Source: Candidatus Altimarinota bacterium
GTDB lineage: Bacteria > Patescibacteriota > Gracilibacteria > CAIRYL01 > GCA-016699755
Direction: 5' to 3'
DNA length: 64,000 nucleotides
Assembly (NCBI GenBank): GCA_963664295.1
Contig: OY760935.1
Location: 64,001 to 128,000, forward strand
The notes under the pieces were generated by a model, which was not told the origin of the DNA, did no database searches, and saw only the letters and a list, made by a program, of their open reading frames with translations. Below, in pieces: positions 10,341 to 20,587 of this stretch; positions within the stretch are counted from its first letter, which is position 1; each line of letters begins with the position of its first letter. A program made the position numbers and the translations under genes.

Positions 10341-10390
10341 GTTCCGCCATTGAAAATGTTCTCGTGCAAAGCACGAGGTTGTTTTCAATG
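10341..10390 (+). repeat. tRNA-Asp 3'-end remnant (GTTCCGCCA) plus trailer hairpin; candidate attR
   Basis: 9 nt identical to 6181-6189, followed by hairpin CATTGAAAA..CTCGTGC-AAA-GCACGAG..TTTTCAATG that is homologous to the trailer after the last tRNA-Ala 3' repeat. Confidence 0.55.
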
Positions 10391-10543
10391 ATAGACAGGT
10401 GAGAGCATCTTATTTTCCTAAGTTCAAATTTGTGCAATATTTTTTGATAATTGTTAAAATAAGTTGTAAGTGTTATGCTTTCCTTAAAGAGGAAGTGGGA
10501 AATTTAAAAAAAATTTAAAATTTCTTTAATTGATTACTGAAAA

Positions 10544-12205
10544 ATGCCTCCTATTCAAAAACAGTGCAAGATTACCGGTCAAAATTTTTCTGTTTCAGAA
10601 GAAGAAATGGCCCTTTTGGCTAAAATGAACCTGCCTTTGCCAGAAATTTGTTATAACGAGCGCTTTAAAAGGCTTTTTATGATTCGTAATGTTCGCAATT
10701 TATATAAAAGAAAATGTGATAGAACCGGGAAGAGTGTTATTGCTATGTATTCGGAAAATGTGCCTTTTCCTGTTTATGATCGTGATGAATGGTGGAAAGA
10801 TGATTGGAATCCGCCTTTTGCAGATTTTGACTTTAATCGACCATTTTTTACACAAATAATTGAACTTCGCAATAAAGTTCCGCGTGCTAATTTGTTTAAT
10901 AAAATGTCTTTTAATTCTGACTATTGTAATGTTAGTCAGGGCTTAAAAGATAGCTATCTTACTTTTGTTTCTTTTGATAGCAAAAATTTGCTTTATTGCC
11001 AAAGAGTTGTTTTTTCAGAGGACTTAGTAGATTGTTTTTATTGCACTAGGGTTCAGAGGTCTTATGAATGTATTTATTGTTTTGATTGTTTTAATGTGCG
11101 CTATTCGGTTAATGTGCGTAATTCTAGTGATTCAGCTTTTTTATATGATTGTGTTGGTTGTAGAAATTGTTTTATGTGCACCAATCTACGCAAAAAGGAA
11201 TATTATATTTTAAATCAGCCTCATTCCAAAGAAGAATATGAAAGAAAAATGAGTCAGGTTAACTTTGGTTCTTATGCTACGGTTGAAGCCCTAAAAAAAC
11301 ATTTTAATGATTTCAGGCAGCAAAATGCTATTTATCAAGCTGTTAAGCTTGAGCAAACTGAAAATTGTACTGGTAATCGTCTTCGTCAATGTAAAGACTT
11401 AAAAAATTGTTTTGAGGCGGAAATAGCTCGCGATTGCTTTAATTGTATTGGTTTCGCCGAAGCTAAAGACACTCTTGATTCTGTTGAGTTTGGAGGTCTC
11501 AATAATGAATCCGAACTTGGTTATGGATTACAAGAATGTCTCAATTATTATAATTTTCGTTTTTGTAGTTTTTGTTATGGCAAAGCTAGCTTAACTTATT
11601 GCGATGAATGCCATAATTGCATAGATTGTTTTGCTTGTGTAGGATTAAAAAATGCTCAATATTGCATTTTTAACAAACAATATCCTAAAGAAGAATATGA
11701 ACAGTTAGTGCCTAAAATAATAGAACATATGCAAAAAACTGGTGAGTGGGGACAATTTTTTCCATATGAATATTCTCCTTTTGCTTATAATGAAGCGGAA
11801 ATTAATGAATATTCTCCTTTGACCCGTGATGAAGCTTTAATGTATGGTTTTAGATGGAACGATCGAGTAGCCCAAGAAGAGGGTCAAGCGATTAGTTTCT
11901 TGGATGTTCCTGATAATATTAAAAATACTGAGAAAGAAATTATTGAAAAAGTCTTTATTTGTGACATTAGTGGCAAGAAATTTAAAATTACTCCTCAGGA
12001 ATTAGTTTTTTATAAGCAACAAAAAATTCCTTTGCCTCGTCGTCATCCAAATCAAAGACACAAAGATCGCCTAAAAGAGCGCTTGCCAAGAATGCTTTTT
12101 TCTCGTAATTGCATGAAATGTGGTGTTGCTATTAGAACGCCTTATGCCCAAAATCGTTCTGAAATTGTTTATTGTCAGGATTGTTATTTAAAAACAGTTT
12201 ATTAA
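10544..12205 (+). CDS. CPR-type cysteine-rich protein of unknown function (CxxC repeats, terminal zinc-ribbon-like motifs)
   Basis: RNVRNLYKRKCD, WWKDDW, DFDFNRPFF, many CxxC, YCIFNKQY..EEYE...IIEHMQKTGEWG.FFP, VYCQDCY. Confidence 0.85.
   Translation: MPPIQKQCKITGQNFSVSEEEMALLAKMNLPLPEICYNERFKRLFMIRNVRNLYKRKCDRTGKSVIAMYSENVPFPVYDRDEWWKDDWNPPFADFDFNRPFFTQIIELRNKVPRANLFNKMSFNSDYCNVSQGLKDSYLTFVSFDSKNLLYCQRVVFSEDLVDCFYCTRVQRSYECIYCFDCFNVRYSVNVRNSSDSAFLYDCVGCRNCFMCTNLRKKEYYILNQPHSKEEYERKMSQVNFGSYATVEALKKHFNDFRQQNAIYQAVKLEQTENCTGNRLRQCKDLKNCFEAEIARDCFNCIGFAEAKDTLDSVEFGGLNNESELGYGLQECLNYYNFRFCSFCYGKASLTYCDECHNCIDCFACVGLKNAQYCIFNKQYPKEEYEQLVPKIIEHMQKTGEWGQFFPYEYSPFAYNEAEINEYSPLTRDEALMYGFRWNDRVAQEEGQAISFLDVPDNIKNTEKEIIEKVFICDISGKKFKITPQELVFYKQQKIPLPRRHPNQRHKDRLKERLPRMLFSRNCMKCGVAIRTPYAQNRSEIVYCQDCYLKTVY
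11687..11751 (+). repeat. Inverted repeat, left arm (pairs with 14933-14997)
   Basis: 64/65 identity with the reverse complement of 14933-14997, including a 47-bp perfect run (11705-11751). Confidence 0.9.
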
Positions 12206-12283
12206 AATTATTTTTTTATTGTTGTTTTATTGATAAGCTTTTCAGGCTTTACAAAAGCATATTATTATTTAATAATATGAAAG

Positions 12284-14476
12284 ATGAAATCTTTTTTAAT
12301 TAAAGTACCTCAAAATAATCAAAAGACAGCTAAGTCTTTTTATCAATTATTACATGCGCTTTATGAAACTCTTTCAGAAGCGCAGATTAGTTTTGAAATT
12401 TTTGTTCATCAGCAACATATAAATTTTTGTTTTACTTGCAAGGAAGATCGTTCGGCTCTTGTTTCGGGTCAGATATATGCTATTTTTCCTGAAGCGGAAA
12501 TAGTTGAAATTGAAGATCCTGCAAAGTCTTTTAAGAATAATTTTGTTGGAGGAGAAGTTTTTTTAAAAAGAAAAGATTTGTTTTCAATAAAAACTTTTGA
12601 AAATTTTGAAGGTGATTCATTGGCTGGAGTTTTATCTGTTTTTTCAAAAGCGAAAATAGATGAAAACATACTTTTCCAAATAGTAATGCGCCCAAAAAAA
12701 GACACGGCCATGTTGCATTTTAAAAGAAATTGGAGTAGAAGATTTGAAAACATTCGTCATGTTTTTAGATTTAAATATTATTTTAAAAAAGGGGATTTTA
12801 AAAAGCAATTTAATGACGCTTTTTTAAAAAAGTCAGAAGAAAATCTTTTTGATGTAAATATTCGTTTTTTGGTTAATTCATCTCAAAAAGATACTATTTT
12901 TAACGCTATTAAAAACAGTATTTATCAATTTAATACAATAGACTTAAATGGTTTTGAGGTTGGCAAAAAAACCACTGAATTATTTTTTAAGCAGGTTGAA
13001 ACCAGGAAATTGTCTAGACCTTTCTCTTTATCACAAATAGAGCTATCAACCATTTTTCATTTGCCAAATGAGAAGGAGGTGCCAAACATAGTTTACGTTT
13101 TAAGTAAAAAATCTGAACCACCATCATCTTTACCGATAAATCAAAAAAATTCTAATATTTCTTTTTTTGGAACAACTAATTTTCATAATTCTTTTGTTCC
13201 TTTTGGGATTTTGTCTGAAGACAGAAGAAGACATATGTATTGTGTGGGAAAGAGTGGCAGTGGAAAAAGTAAACTTTTGGAGCTTTTGATTGCTAATGAT
13301 TTAAAAAATGGCAGAGGAATTGGAGTTTTAGATCCTCATGGTGATTTAGTGGACAATGTTTTAAGAATGGTGCCCAAAGAAAGAATTAAAGATGTTGTTA
13401 TTTTTGATCCTGCAGATGAACAGTTTCCAATTGCTTTTAATCCTTTAGAAAAAGTACCTTCTGCCTTAAAAATAAGAGTTACTATTGGTATTTTAGAGAT
13501 TTTTAAAAAACTTTTTGGTACTAACTGGAGTGAAAGATTAGAGCATGTTTTAAGATATACAATTTTAGCCCTCTTAGATTCTCCAAACACCACGGTTCTT
13601 TCGATTTTAAAAATGCTGTCTGATAAAAATTATCGTCAATATATAGTTAAAAATATTAAGGATGATGTAGTTAAAAATTTTTGGGTAAATGAGTTTGCAA
13701 GTTGGAGTGAAAAATTTGACTCTGAAGCTATTACGCCTCTTTTGAATAAAGTTGGTCAGTTTGTAGCGACAAACATGGTTCGCAATATTGTTGGTCAACC
13801 TAAAAACAAAGTTGATTTTAGAAAAATAATGGATGAAGGAAAAATTCTTTTAATGAAGGTTTCAAAAGGCATGTTAGGAGAGGAAAACGCCTCTCTTTTA
13901 GGTGCTATGGCTATTACTAAAATATATCAAGCGGCTATGAGCAGGGCTAATATTAAAGAAGAAGACAGGCGAGATTTTTATTTTTATGTAGATGAATTTC
14001 ATAATTTTGCCACTAATACTTTTGATGAAATTTTAAGTGAAGCTCGTAAATATCGCTTAAATCTTTCTTTGGCTCATCAATACATGGGACAACTTTCGCC
14101 AAAAATAAGAACAACTATTTTTGGAAATGTTGGTTCATTGGTTTCATTTAGGGTTGGATCAGAAGATGCAGGTATTTTGGCGCAAGAATATGCACCGATT
14201 TTTTCAACCCATGATTTAATAAATTTAGGAATTAGAGAATTTTATTGTAAAATATCCGCTAACGGAGAAGTAAGCCAAGCTTTTTCCGGTAGAACATTAG
14301 ATTTAAATTTTCCAAAAGAAGATTTCACTAAAGACTGTATTGAATTTTCCAGAAAAAATTATTGTCAGCCGATAGAAAAAGTGCGTAAGGCAATTTCTGC
14401 TTGGGAAGAAGGAAAAACGGAAGAAGCAAAAGATTCAAGTCTTGAGGGAGTCAGCTTTGAAGAACCAATAGTTTAA
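12284..14476 (+). CDS. VirD4/TraD-like (type IV coupling protein / DUF87) P-loop ATPase
   Basis: DRRRHMYCVGKSGSGKS Walker A, LDPHGDL, FYFYVDEFHNF Walker B, LSEARKYRL.L.LAHQY. Confidence 0.9.
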   Translation: MKSFLIKVPQNNQKTAKSFYQLLHALYETLSEAQISFEIFVHQQHINFCFTCKEDRSALVSGQIYAIFPEAEIVEIEDPAKSFKNNFVGGEVFLKRKDLFSIKTFENFEGDSLAGVLSVFSKAKIDENILFQIVMRPKKDTAMLHFKRNWSRRFENIRHVFRFKYYFKKGDFKKQFNDAFLKKSEENLFDVNIRFLVNSSQKDTIFNAIKNSIYQFNTIDLNGFEVGKKTTELFFKQVETRKLSRPFSLSQIELSTIFHLPNEKEVPNIVYVLSKKSEPPSSLPINQKNSNISFFGTTNFHNSFVPFGILSEDRRRHMYCVGKSGSGKSKLLELLIANDLKNGRGIGVLDPHGDLVDNVLRMVPKERIKDVVIFDPADEQFPIAFNPLEKVPSALKIRVTIGILEIFKKLFGTNWSERLEHVLRYTILALLDSPNTTVLSILKMLSDKNYRQYIVKNIKDDVVKNFWVNEFASWSEKFDSEAITPLLNKVGQFVATNMVRNIVGQPKNKVDFRKIMDEGKILLMKVSKGMLGEENASLLGAMAITKIYQAAMSRANIKEEDRRDFYFYVDEFHNFATNTFDEILSEARKYRLNLSLAHQYMGQLSPKIRTTIFGNVGSLVSFRVGSEDAGILAQEYAPIFSTHDLINLGIREFYCKISANGEVSQAFSGRTLDLNFPKEDFTKDCIEFSRKNYCQPIEKVRKAISAWEEGKTEEAKDSSLEGVSFEEPIV

Positions 14477-16143
14477 TGTATTTTTTTTAGATAACATTCT
14501 TCGCAAAGCACTTTTTCTGCTCTATCTGGAGAATAAGTGGTTTGGATTTTTTTATTGCAACTAAAACAATTTCTTTCCCAGAGTTTTTGAGGATTTCTTT
14601 TTTCAATTCTTTCTTTATTTCTAATATCAGGGTGAAGTCTAGGAATTGGTAAATTCATTTTTCTATAAAAAGCCAGTTCTGATTTTTGAATTTTATATGG
14701 TCTATTAGTTTTTGCGCATTTAATATTCCAATTTAATACATCGTCAGGTATATCATTTATATTTTCTGGTAGCATGTTAGCGGGAATGATTTTTCCTACC
14801 TTAGGAATTGGGTCTTTTTCCTCTTTCCATTTCCAGTTCATTGAAATTATGCCTTCTTTTGTTGATGGGAAATGGTTTTGTGCAATTGTTTCATTGTAGG
14901 CAAATGGCGAGAGAGAAATAGGAAAAAACTCCCCCCACTCACCAGTTTTTTGCATATGTTCTATTATTTTAGGCACTAATTGTTCATATTCTTCTTTGGA
15001 ATATTGTTTATTAAATATGCAGTATTTTTGTTTTTTTAGTCCTATGCAAGCAAAGCAATTATCAATATACATACTTGTCATACAATAAAAACTATTATTG
15101 CCGGACATATTTTCTGAAAAATGAGTTCCATTACACCAAATAGAACTGCCTGTTTCATAGCAATTTTCTTGGTCGTCTATATCAGAGCAATCATGACAAT
15201 TAATTGCATTTTTTGAATTAGTCACAAAGCGACAATCTTCTGAATTAAAAACAAAAAAGCATTGATTTAAATTTTTGCTATTAAAAAGATAATCACCAAG
15301 GCAATCTTCTGAATGAATATTTACATTTTCTCTGTGATAATTTTCTAATTTAAATTTTTTAAATATTTTCCAGAGCTCATCTTTGTTTTTTTTGAGTAAG
15401 TTATTTTTTTCTGCAAAAAAATCTTTTTCAGAATATTGCTGATTTAGTATATTGAATTTTTTATTTCTAAGATTGGTACACAAAAAACAATTATTGCAGG
15501 ATTGTAAATCAAAGCAAAAATCAATATCACTACATGATTTGCAGTTTTGACAAAAAGTTGAGTTATAAATATTTTCTGAGTCCATACATTCATAACACAG
15601 TTCTGATTTGTATAAATTATAGCAATCGACACAATCTTTTGAGTTAGATAATCGTGTGCTATAAAGACAATCTTCAATATTAAGAGAAGCAATTATTAAA
15701 TAAGAATTTTTTGTAGCATCACAATTGATGCAATAGTCGCTATTTTCACTATTAACAACGATATTTGACCATCTTGGTACTTTTTTTTGAAGCTCATTAA
15801 ATTGCTCAAAAAAACCTCTTTTAAAGTCAAAATCTTGTCCGAAATCTTTTGTATCCCACTTATCACTCCACCAGCAATCCTGACAATAAACAGGAAAATT
15901 AGCATTTTTATGACAAACAGATATTATATCTTTATTACATAAATCGCATTTTCTTTTGTATAATTTTCTTTCGTTTCTAAAAGCTAATCTTCTTTGCTTG
16001 CGACAGTTAGAGCAGAGTTTTGGAGCTGGAATTTGATATACTTTATCGTTAAAAATAGGCGAAATTTTATAGTAAAAATCTAAGTCACTATCTAATATTT
16101 GAAAGTTTGCTCCACATTGTAAACAGATTTTATTTTCAGGCAA
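14473..16143 (-). CDS. CPR-type cysteine-rich protein, paralogue of 10544..12205
   Basis: Same motif series (RNERKLYKRKCD, WWSDKW, DFDFKRGFF, IIEHMQKTGEWGEFFP, VLCEECY); TTG start. Confidence 0.85.
   Translation of the reverse strand: MPENKICLQCGANFQILDSDLDFYYKISPIFNDKVYQIPAPKLCSNCRKQRRLAFRNERKLYKRKCDLCNKDIISVCHKNANFPVYCQDCWWSDKWDTKDFGQDFDFKRGFFEQFNELQKKVPRWSNIVVNSENSDYCINCDATKNSYLIIASLNIEDCLYSTRLSNSKDCVDCYNLYKSELCYECMDSENIYNSTFCQNCKSCSDIDFCFDLQSCNNCFLCTNLRNKKFNILNQQYSEKDFFAEKNNLLKKNKDELWKIFKKFKLENYHRENVNIHSEDCLGDYLFNSKNLNQCFFVFNSEDCRFVTNSKNAINCHDCSDIDDQENCYETGSSIWCNGTHFSENMSGNNSFYCMTSMYIDNCFACIGLKKQKYCIFNKQYSKEEYEQLVPKIIEHMQKTGEWGEFFPISLSPFAYNETIAQNHFPSTKEGIISMNWKWKEEKDPIPKVGKIIPANMLPENINDIPDDVLNWNIKCAKTNRPYKIQKSELAFYRKMNLPIPRLHPDIRNKERIEKRNPQKLWERNCFSCNKKIQTTYSPDRAEKVLCEECYLKKIH
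14933..14997 (-). repeat. Inverted repeat, right arm (pairs with 11687-11751)
   Basis: Reverse complement matches 11687-11751 with one mismatch. Confidence 0.9.
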
Positions 16144-16407
16144 TTGACAGGATGTGATGTTAATTTAATTTTATAATTATTTAGCTTTAAAGTCAATTAT
16201 CAGGCGTATTTACGATGTTCTATTTATTCTTATCAAATTTTTAATCCTGTTATTTTGCAAATTCGACCTCCAAATTAGGTTTTTATTTCATATTTTTTTC
16301 ATTATATGTCTATATAATGAATTTATATTTTTACTTGACAAAAAATTTTTTTATTGAGATATTAGCTACCTTTGCATTGTATTATTTTATTTTTTACAAA
16401 TAAATTT

Positions 16408-17709
16408 ATGAATAAATTAAATCAACCATCCTCTGATAAATTAAATCAATATCCTAACCATGAAGACCTTAAAGAAACTGATCCTGAAGTTGCTGAATTA
16501 GTTCAGGAGGAGGTTGAAAGAGTGAGAGATGGTATTCAGTTAATACCATCTGAGAATTTTGCTAGTAAAGCTGTTTTAGAGGTTGTTGGCTCAGTTTTAA
16601 ACACTAAATATTCTGAAGGTTATCCAGGGGCAAGATATTATGAAGGCAATACCACCGTTGATAAGCTTGAAACACTGGCCATAGAAAGAGCAAAGGCTTT
16701 ATTTGGTGCTGAGCATGCTAATGTGCAGTTATTGTCTGGTGGTCCTGCTAATATGGCAGCTTATGAAGCTATTTTAGGGCCAGAAGATAAAGTAATGTCT
16801 ATGAATTTGGCACAAGGAGGTCATTTAACGCATGGTGCACCTGTTAATTTTTCCGGTAAAAAATATAATTTTACGCATTACAGTGTTGATCCAGATACAC
16901 ACTTAATTGATTATGATTCTTTGCTAAAAGAGGCACGAGAAATAAAACCAAAGCTTATTGTTACTGGTGCTACTGCTTATCCGCGTATAATTGATTTCAA
17001 TAAATTTAAAGAAGTGGCTGATGAGGTGGGTGCAATGTTGCTTGTTGATATGTCTCATATTACAGGTTTGGTTGTTGGCGGTGTTCATCCTGACCCTGTT
17101 CCTTTGAGTGATGTTGTCACTTCTACAACTCATAAAACCTTGCGTGGACCAAGAGGAGCAATGATTTTATCAAAAGCTGAATATGCTAAAGCTATTGATA
17201 AAGCAGTTTTTCCAGCTATTCAGGCTGGTCCGCATGAAAACACTATTGCTGCAAAGGCAGTTGCTTTTCATGAAGCATCTAGGCCTGATTTTAAAGAATA
17301 TGCTCAGCAAATTGTAAAAAATGCTAAGGTGCTTTCAGAAGAATTATTAAGTTTGGGATACGATTTAGTTAGCGGAGGAACAGATAATCATTTGATGATC
17401 ATTGATTTACGTAAAAATGGTATAACAGGAAAGGTGGGAGCAAAAAGACTTGATGATGCTGGTATTTGTACTAATAAAAATTTGGTTCCATATGACGAAA
17501 AAAGTCCATTTGTTACTAGCGGTATTCGCATTGGCACACCTGCTATGACAACTCGTGGTTTAAAAGAAAACGACATGGTGCTTATTGCAAGATGGATAGA
17601 TCAAGTGCTACGTAATGTTGATGACGAAAAAAATATTCAAAGAGTTAAGGCTGAAATCGCAGAATTTCTTTCTCAATTTCCATTGTATTTATTTTTAGAT
17701 GCTAAATAA
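16408..17709 (+). CDS. glyA: Serine hydroxymethyltransferase
   Basis: LIPSENF, KYSEGYPGARYYEG, GGHLTHG, STTHKTLRGPRG (PLP lysine), GGTDNHL, SGIRIGTPA; ATG at 16408 chosen. Confidence 0.97.
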   Translation: MNKLNQPSSDKLNQYPNHEDLKETDPEVAELVQEEVERVRDGIQLIPSENFASKAVLEVVGSVLNTKYSEGYPGARYYEGNTTVDKLETLAIERAKALFGAEHANVQLLSGGPANMAAYEAILGPEDKVMSMNLAQGGHLTHGAPVNFSGKKYNFTHYSVDPDTHLIDYDSLLKEAREIKPKLIVTGATAYPRIIDFNKFKEVADEVGAMLLVDMSHITGLVVGGVHPDPVPLSDVVTSTTHKTLRGPRGAMILSKAEYAKAIDKAVFPAIQAGPHENTIAAKAVAFHEASRPDFKEYAQQIVKNAKVLSEELLSLGYDLVSGGTDNHLMIIDLRKNGITGKVGAKRLDDAGICTNKNLVPYDEKSPFVTSGIRIGTPAMTTRGLKENDMVLIARWIDQVLRNVDDEKNIQRVKAEIAEFLSQFPLYLFLDAK

Positions 17710-17717
17710 TTAAGTAG

Positions 17718-18530
17718 ATGAAGCACTTTTTGAAAAAAATATCTAATGCAGAGCTTTATGCAATTGTTGATTTATTTTCAGAACCAGAAAAGGTGATAAT
17801 TTTTTCTCTGCTTGAGAAAAAAGGAATATTTGAAAATCAAAATCCTAATATTTGGATATTTGGTTTTGATGAAAAAAAAATAGAAAGCATTTTAATTATT
17901 TTCAATAAAAATGCTTTTTTATTGGGAAATAATTTTTTGCAAATAAATAAGCTTCCAAATGACCTAAGAGATAAAATAAAAAAATGCACAATTTTGGGTG
18001 AAGAAAATGTTCTTCAGGCTTTTTTTGGAAAAAATAAAACTCATTTTTTAATGAAGAAAGATTTTGCTTTTTTAGAAAAAAAGATAGATAAAATTGAGAA
18101 AAATAATGATTATGAATTAGTTGTGAATAGTAATAGTAAAGAAAATCGTATTGCTTATGCTCAAATGAAGAGAGATTTTATTTTCGAAGAAACAAAAAAG
18201 AACTTGTCTTGGGAAAGTTTATTATTTTCTGACAAAGAATACTTAAACGTTTCTCCTTTTTTATTAAAAAAAGGAGATGAAATTATTGGTATGGTTTCTG
18301 CAAATTTTATCTCCAAAGAGTTTGCGATGATTAATCTTATGTATATTAAGCCGGAATATAGAAAACAGGGGCTAGGAAAATACTTATTATTAAATTATAT
18401 TAATTATTTGCACAAGAAATCCAAAAAAATATGTTTATTTTATTCGCCAGACAATATTTCTGCAAAATTTTTATACAAAAATATTGGTTTTATTAAAAAT
18501 TGTAGCTGGATTATGGCAATACCTCTTTAG
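17718..18530 (+). CDS. GNAT family N-acetyltransferase
   Basis: C-terminal MYIKPEYRKQGLGKYLL and NISAKFLYKNIGF motifs. Confidence 0.85.
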   Translation: MKHFLKKISNAELYAIVDLFSEPEKVIIFSLLEKKGIFENQNPNIWIFGFDEKKIESILIIFNKNAFLLGNNFLQINKLPNDLRDKIKKCTILGEENVLQAFFGKNKTHFLMKKDFAFLEKKIDKIEKNNDYELVVNSNSKENRIAYAQMKRDFIFEETKKNLSWESLLFSDKEYLNVSPFLLKKGDEIIGMVSANFISKEFAMINLMYIKPEYRKQGLGKYLLLNYINYLHKKSKKICLFYSPDNISAKFLYKNIGFIKNCSWIMAIPL

Positions 18531-18547
18531 TTTTATAGATAATTTAT

Positions 18548-20578
18548 ATGAATAAAAAAGATTTACCACCTGTGAGAAGTCCAGAAGAGGCCAAACAATT
18601 AGCAGGAAATTATCCTGAAAAAGCCCATCATTTGGCCTATTCACTAAAAACACTTAGAGAAAGTCAGCAGCATATTAAGCCATACACTGCTGATGTTTGC
18701 GGAAAAACATTTCTTGTTATGCCGAATGTTTTTGCTCCTACTTATTTTATGGATACACCATTTTTTGCTGAAAATTTACCCATTCAAGAAGGAGAGTCTT
18801 TTTTGGAAATAGGCTCAGGAACAGGAGTTGTTTCAATCATGGCTGCTTTAAAAGGCGCTGGAGAGGTCTATGCATTAGATATAAATCCGTCCGCAGTAGA
18901 AAATACTAGACGAAATATTTTTAGATTTGGATTAGACAATAAAATGATGGCTTTGCAGAGCGATGTTTATGATTCATTACCACCAGGTAAAAAATTTGAT
19001 ACTATTTTTTGGAATGTGCCATTTGGTGTTGTTGATGAAGAATTATCTGATCTTGAAAAAGCAGTATTTGATCAGGGCTATGAATCAGTTAGAAGGTTTA
19101 TTGTCGAAGCTAAAGATAGACTAAAAGAAGGAGGAAGGTTGCTTTTGGGCTTTTCTACAGATGAAGGCAGGTTTGAACTAATAGAAAAGTTTGCCAAAGA
19201 AGGAGGATTAGAAATTAAGCTTTTAGAAGAAAAAGCAATTATTAACAGGGGACATGCAATTAAGTTTGAAATTTTTGAAATGAAACCTAAGACTGGAAAT
19301 AAAAGAGATATAGAAGTATCTGATAAAAAAGAAGTAGATGAAAAAAATTCAGCTCAAGATATTAAATTTGAAGTTCCTTTTAATTGGGAGCCAGATTTTT
19401 TAGATTTTTTAGAAACCCATAAAGACAAAGTACATTCTGTTTACGGATCTTTACCCGGTGAAGCGACTGGTAGACCAATACCTCATTCATCTTCGGTTAA
19501 TAAAAGCGCAATAACAACTAAGTATTTTGCAGAAGTTGTTGATAGATTAAAAAAATTAGGAATAGACTTTAACTTAGTAATGAATGCAACATGTAATGCA
19601 AATACTCATCATACCAATGAAGGTAAAAAAAGAATTAAAGAAAAAGTGGAAAGAATTAGTGATATAGGAATAAACACTGTCACTGTTGCTAATTTTGACC
19701 TAGCAAGGAGGATTAGTGATATAAATTCAGAAATTAGAATTATGTTGTCTATTATTTTTAATATTACACAATTAGACCAAATAAGATATGCTCGCAGGCA
19801 AGATTTTAATTTGCAAGGCGTGTTAGTTGGTAAAGGTTTGAATAGAAATTTGCCATTATTAAAAAGGTTTTTAGATAGAACAAAAGATCTTGATGCAATT
19901 GCAATTGCTAATGATTTTTGTCCTTCTGCAAATTGTCCAGAGCGCATAACAGATCATAACAACTCATGTGCTCATAAAAATATGCCCATGAGTCCTGAGT
20001 ATGGCGAACAATATTATGTATCTCCTAGTACTAATTGTAGAGCTATGACTTTGCAAGATCCTGCTTATTTTTTAAGAGCTCCTGTTATAAATCCTAATGA
20101 TTTAGCTGTTTATGCTGATGCAGGTGTTAAAACATTAAAACTAACAGACAGAATTATGCCTTCAAAAAAATTGATGGAGATTTGTGATGCATATTTTGGG
20201 GGTGAATATGACGGCAATCTTTTTGATCTTTTTAGTTATACTGGACATTTTGACAACACACATTTGCCACAAAGACGATTAAGCAAAGAGGAGGTCAGGA
20301 AAATTGTTCAAGGTGGTTATCAAAATTTAGCTAGTCATAGAAATTTATTTCGTTTAAATCCTTTTCTTAGCGCGCGTGCTCTTTCTGAAAGTGGCTTTAT
20401 GAAACCTTTTGAAAAAGGGGCTTGTGATCATGATTGTTATCATGAAGAAGTAGCGCCTAGTGGTTGTCAACATTGCGATAATTATGCAGATAGATTTCTT
20501 GAAATTGATGAAGAATTAAAAGACATTGTGTTGCACAACATTAAAACCTTGCAAGCAGTTTCAAAACAAGAGATTTAG
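18548..20578 (+). CDS. Fusion of class I SAM methyltransferase (HemK/PrmC-like) and U32-family Fe-S protein
   Basis: N-half LEIGSGTG, DINPSAV, SDVY, FDTIFWNVPF; C-half FNW..VYGS..GR, NATC, NDFC...C..H...CAH, C, INPNDL..Y...G...LKLTDR, CxxxC...CxxC. Confidence 0.8.
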   Translation: MNKKDLPPVRSPEEAKQLAGNYPEKAHHLAYSLKTLRESQQHIKPYTADVCGKTFLVMPNVFAPTYFMDTPFFAENLPIQEGESFLEIGSGTGVVSIMAALKGAGEVYALDINPSAVENTRRNIFRFGLDNKMMALQSDVYDSLPPGKKFDTIFWNVPFGVVDEELSDLEKAVFDQGYESVRRFIVEAKDRLKEGGRLLLGFSTDEGRFELIEKFAKEGGLEIKLLEEKAIINRGHAIKFEIFEMKPKTGNKRDIEVSDKKEVDEKNSAQDIKFEVPFNWEPDFLDFLETHKDKVHSVYGSLPGEATGRPIPHSSSVNKSAITTKYFAEVVDRLKKLGIDFNLVMNATCNANTHHTNEGKKRIKEKVERISDIGINTVTVANFDLARRISDINSEIRIMLSIIFNITQLDQIRYARRQDFNLQGVLVGKGLNRNLPLLKRFLDRTKDLDAIAIANDFCPSANCPERITDHNNSCAHKNMPMSPEYGEQYYVSPSTNCRAMTLQDPAYFLRAPVINPNDLAVYADAGVKTLKLTDRIMPSKKLMEICDAYFGGEYDGNLFDLFSYTGHFDNTHLPQRRLSKEEVRKIVQGGYQNLASHRNLFRLNPFLSARALSESGFMKPFEKGACDHDCYHEEVAPSGCQHCDNYADRFLEIDEELKDIVLHNIKTLQAVSKQEI

Positions 20579-20587
20579 CTTCTTTTA

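Noticed and set aside
12284-14476. Conjugative element or ICE
   Set aside because: No relaxase, VirB4, mating-pair or integrase genes nearby; solitary VirD4-like ATPases are common in CPR genomes.
10544-16143. Diversity-generating retroelement TR/VR pair
   Set aside because: No reverse transcriptase in the window, both copies lie mid-gene, and the core has a single mismatch rather than many adenine-specific ones.
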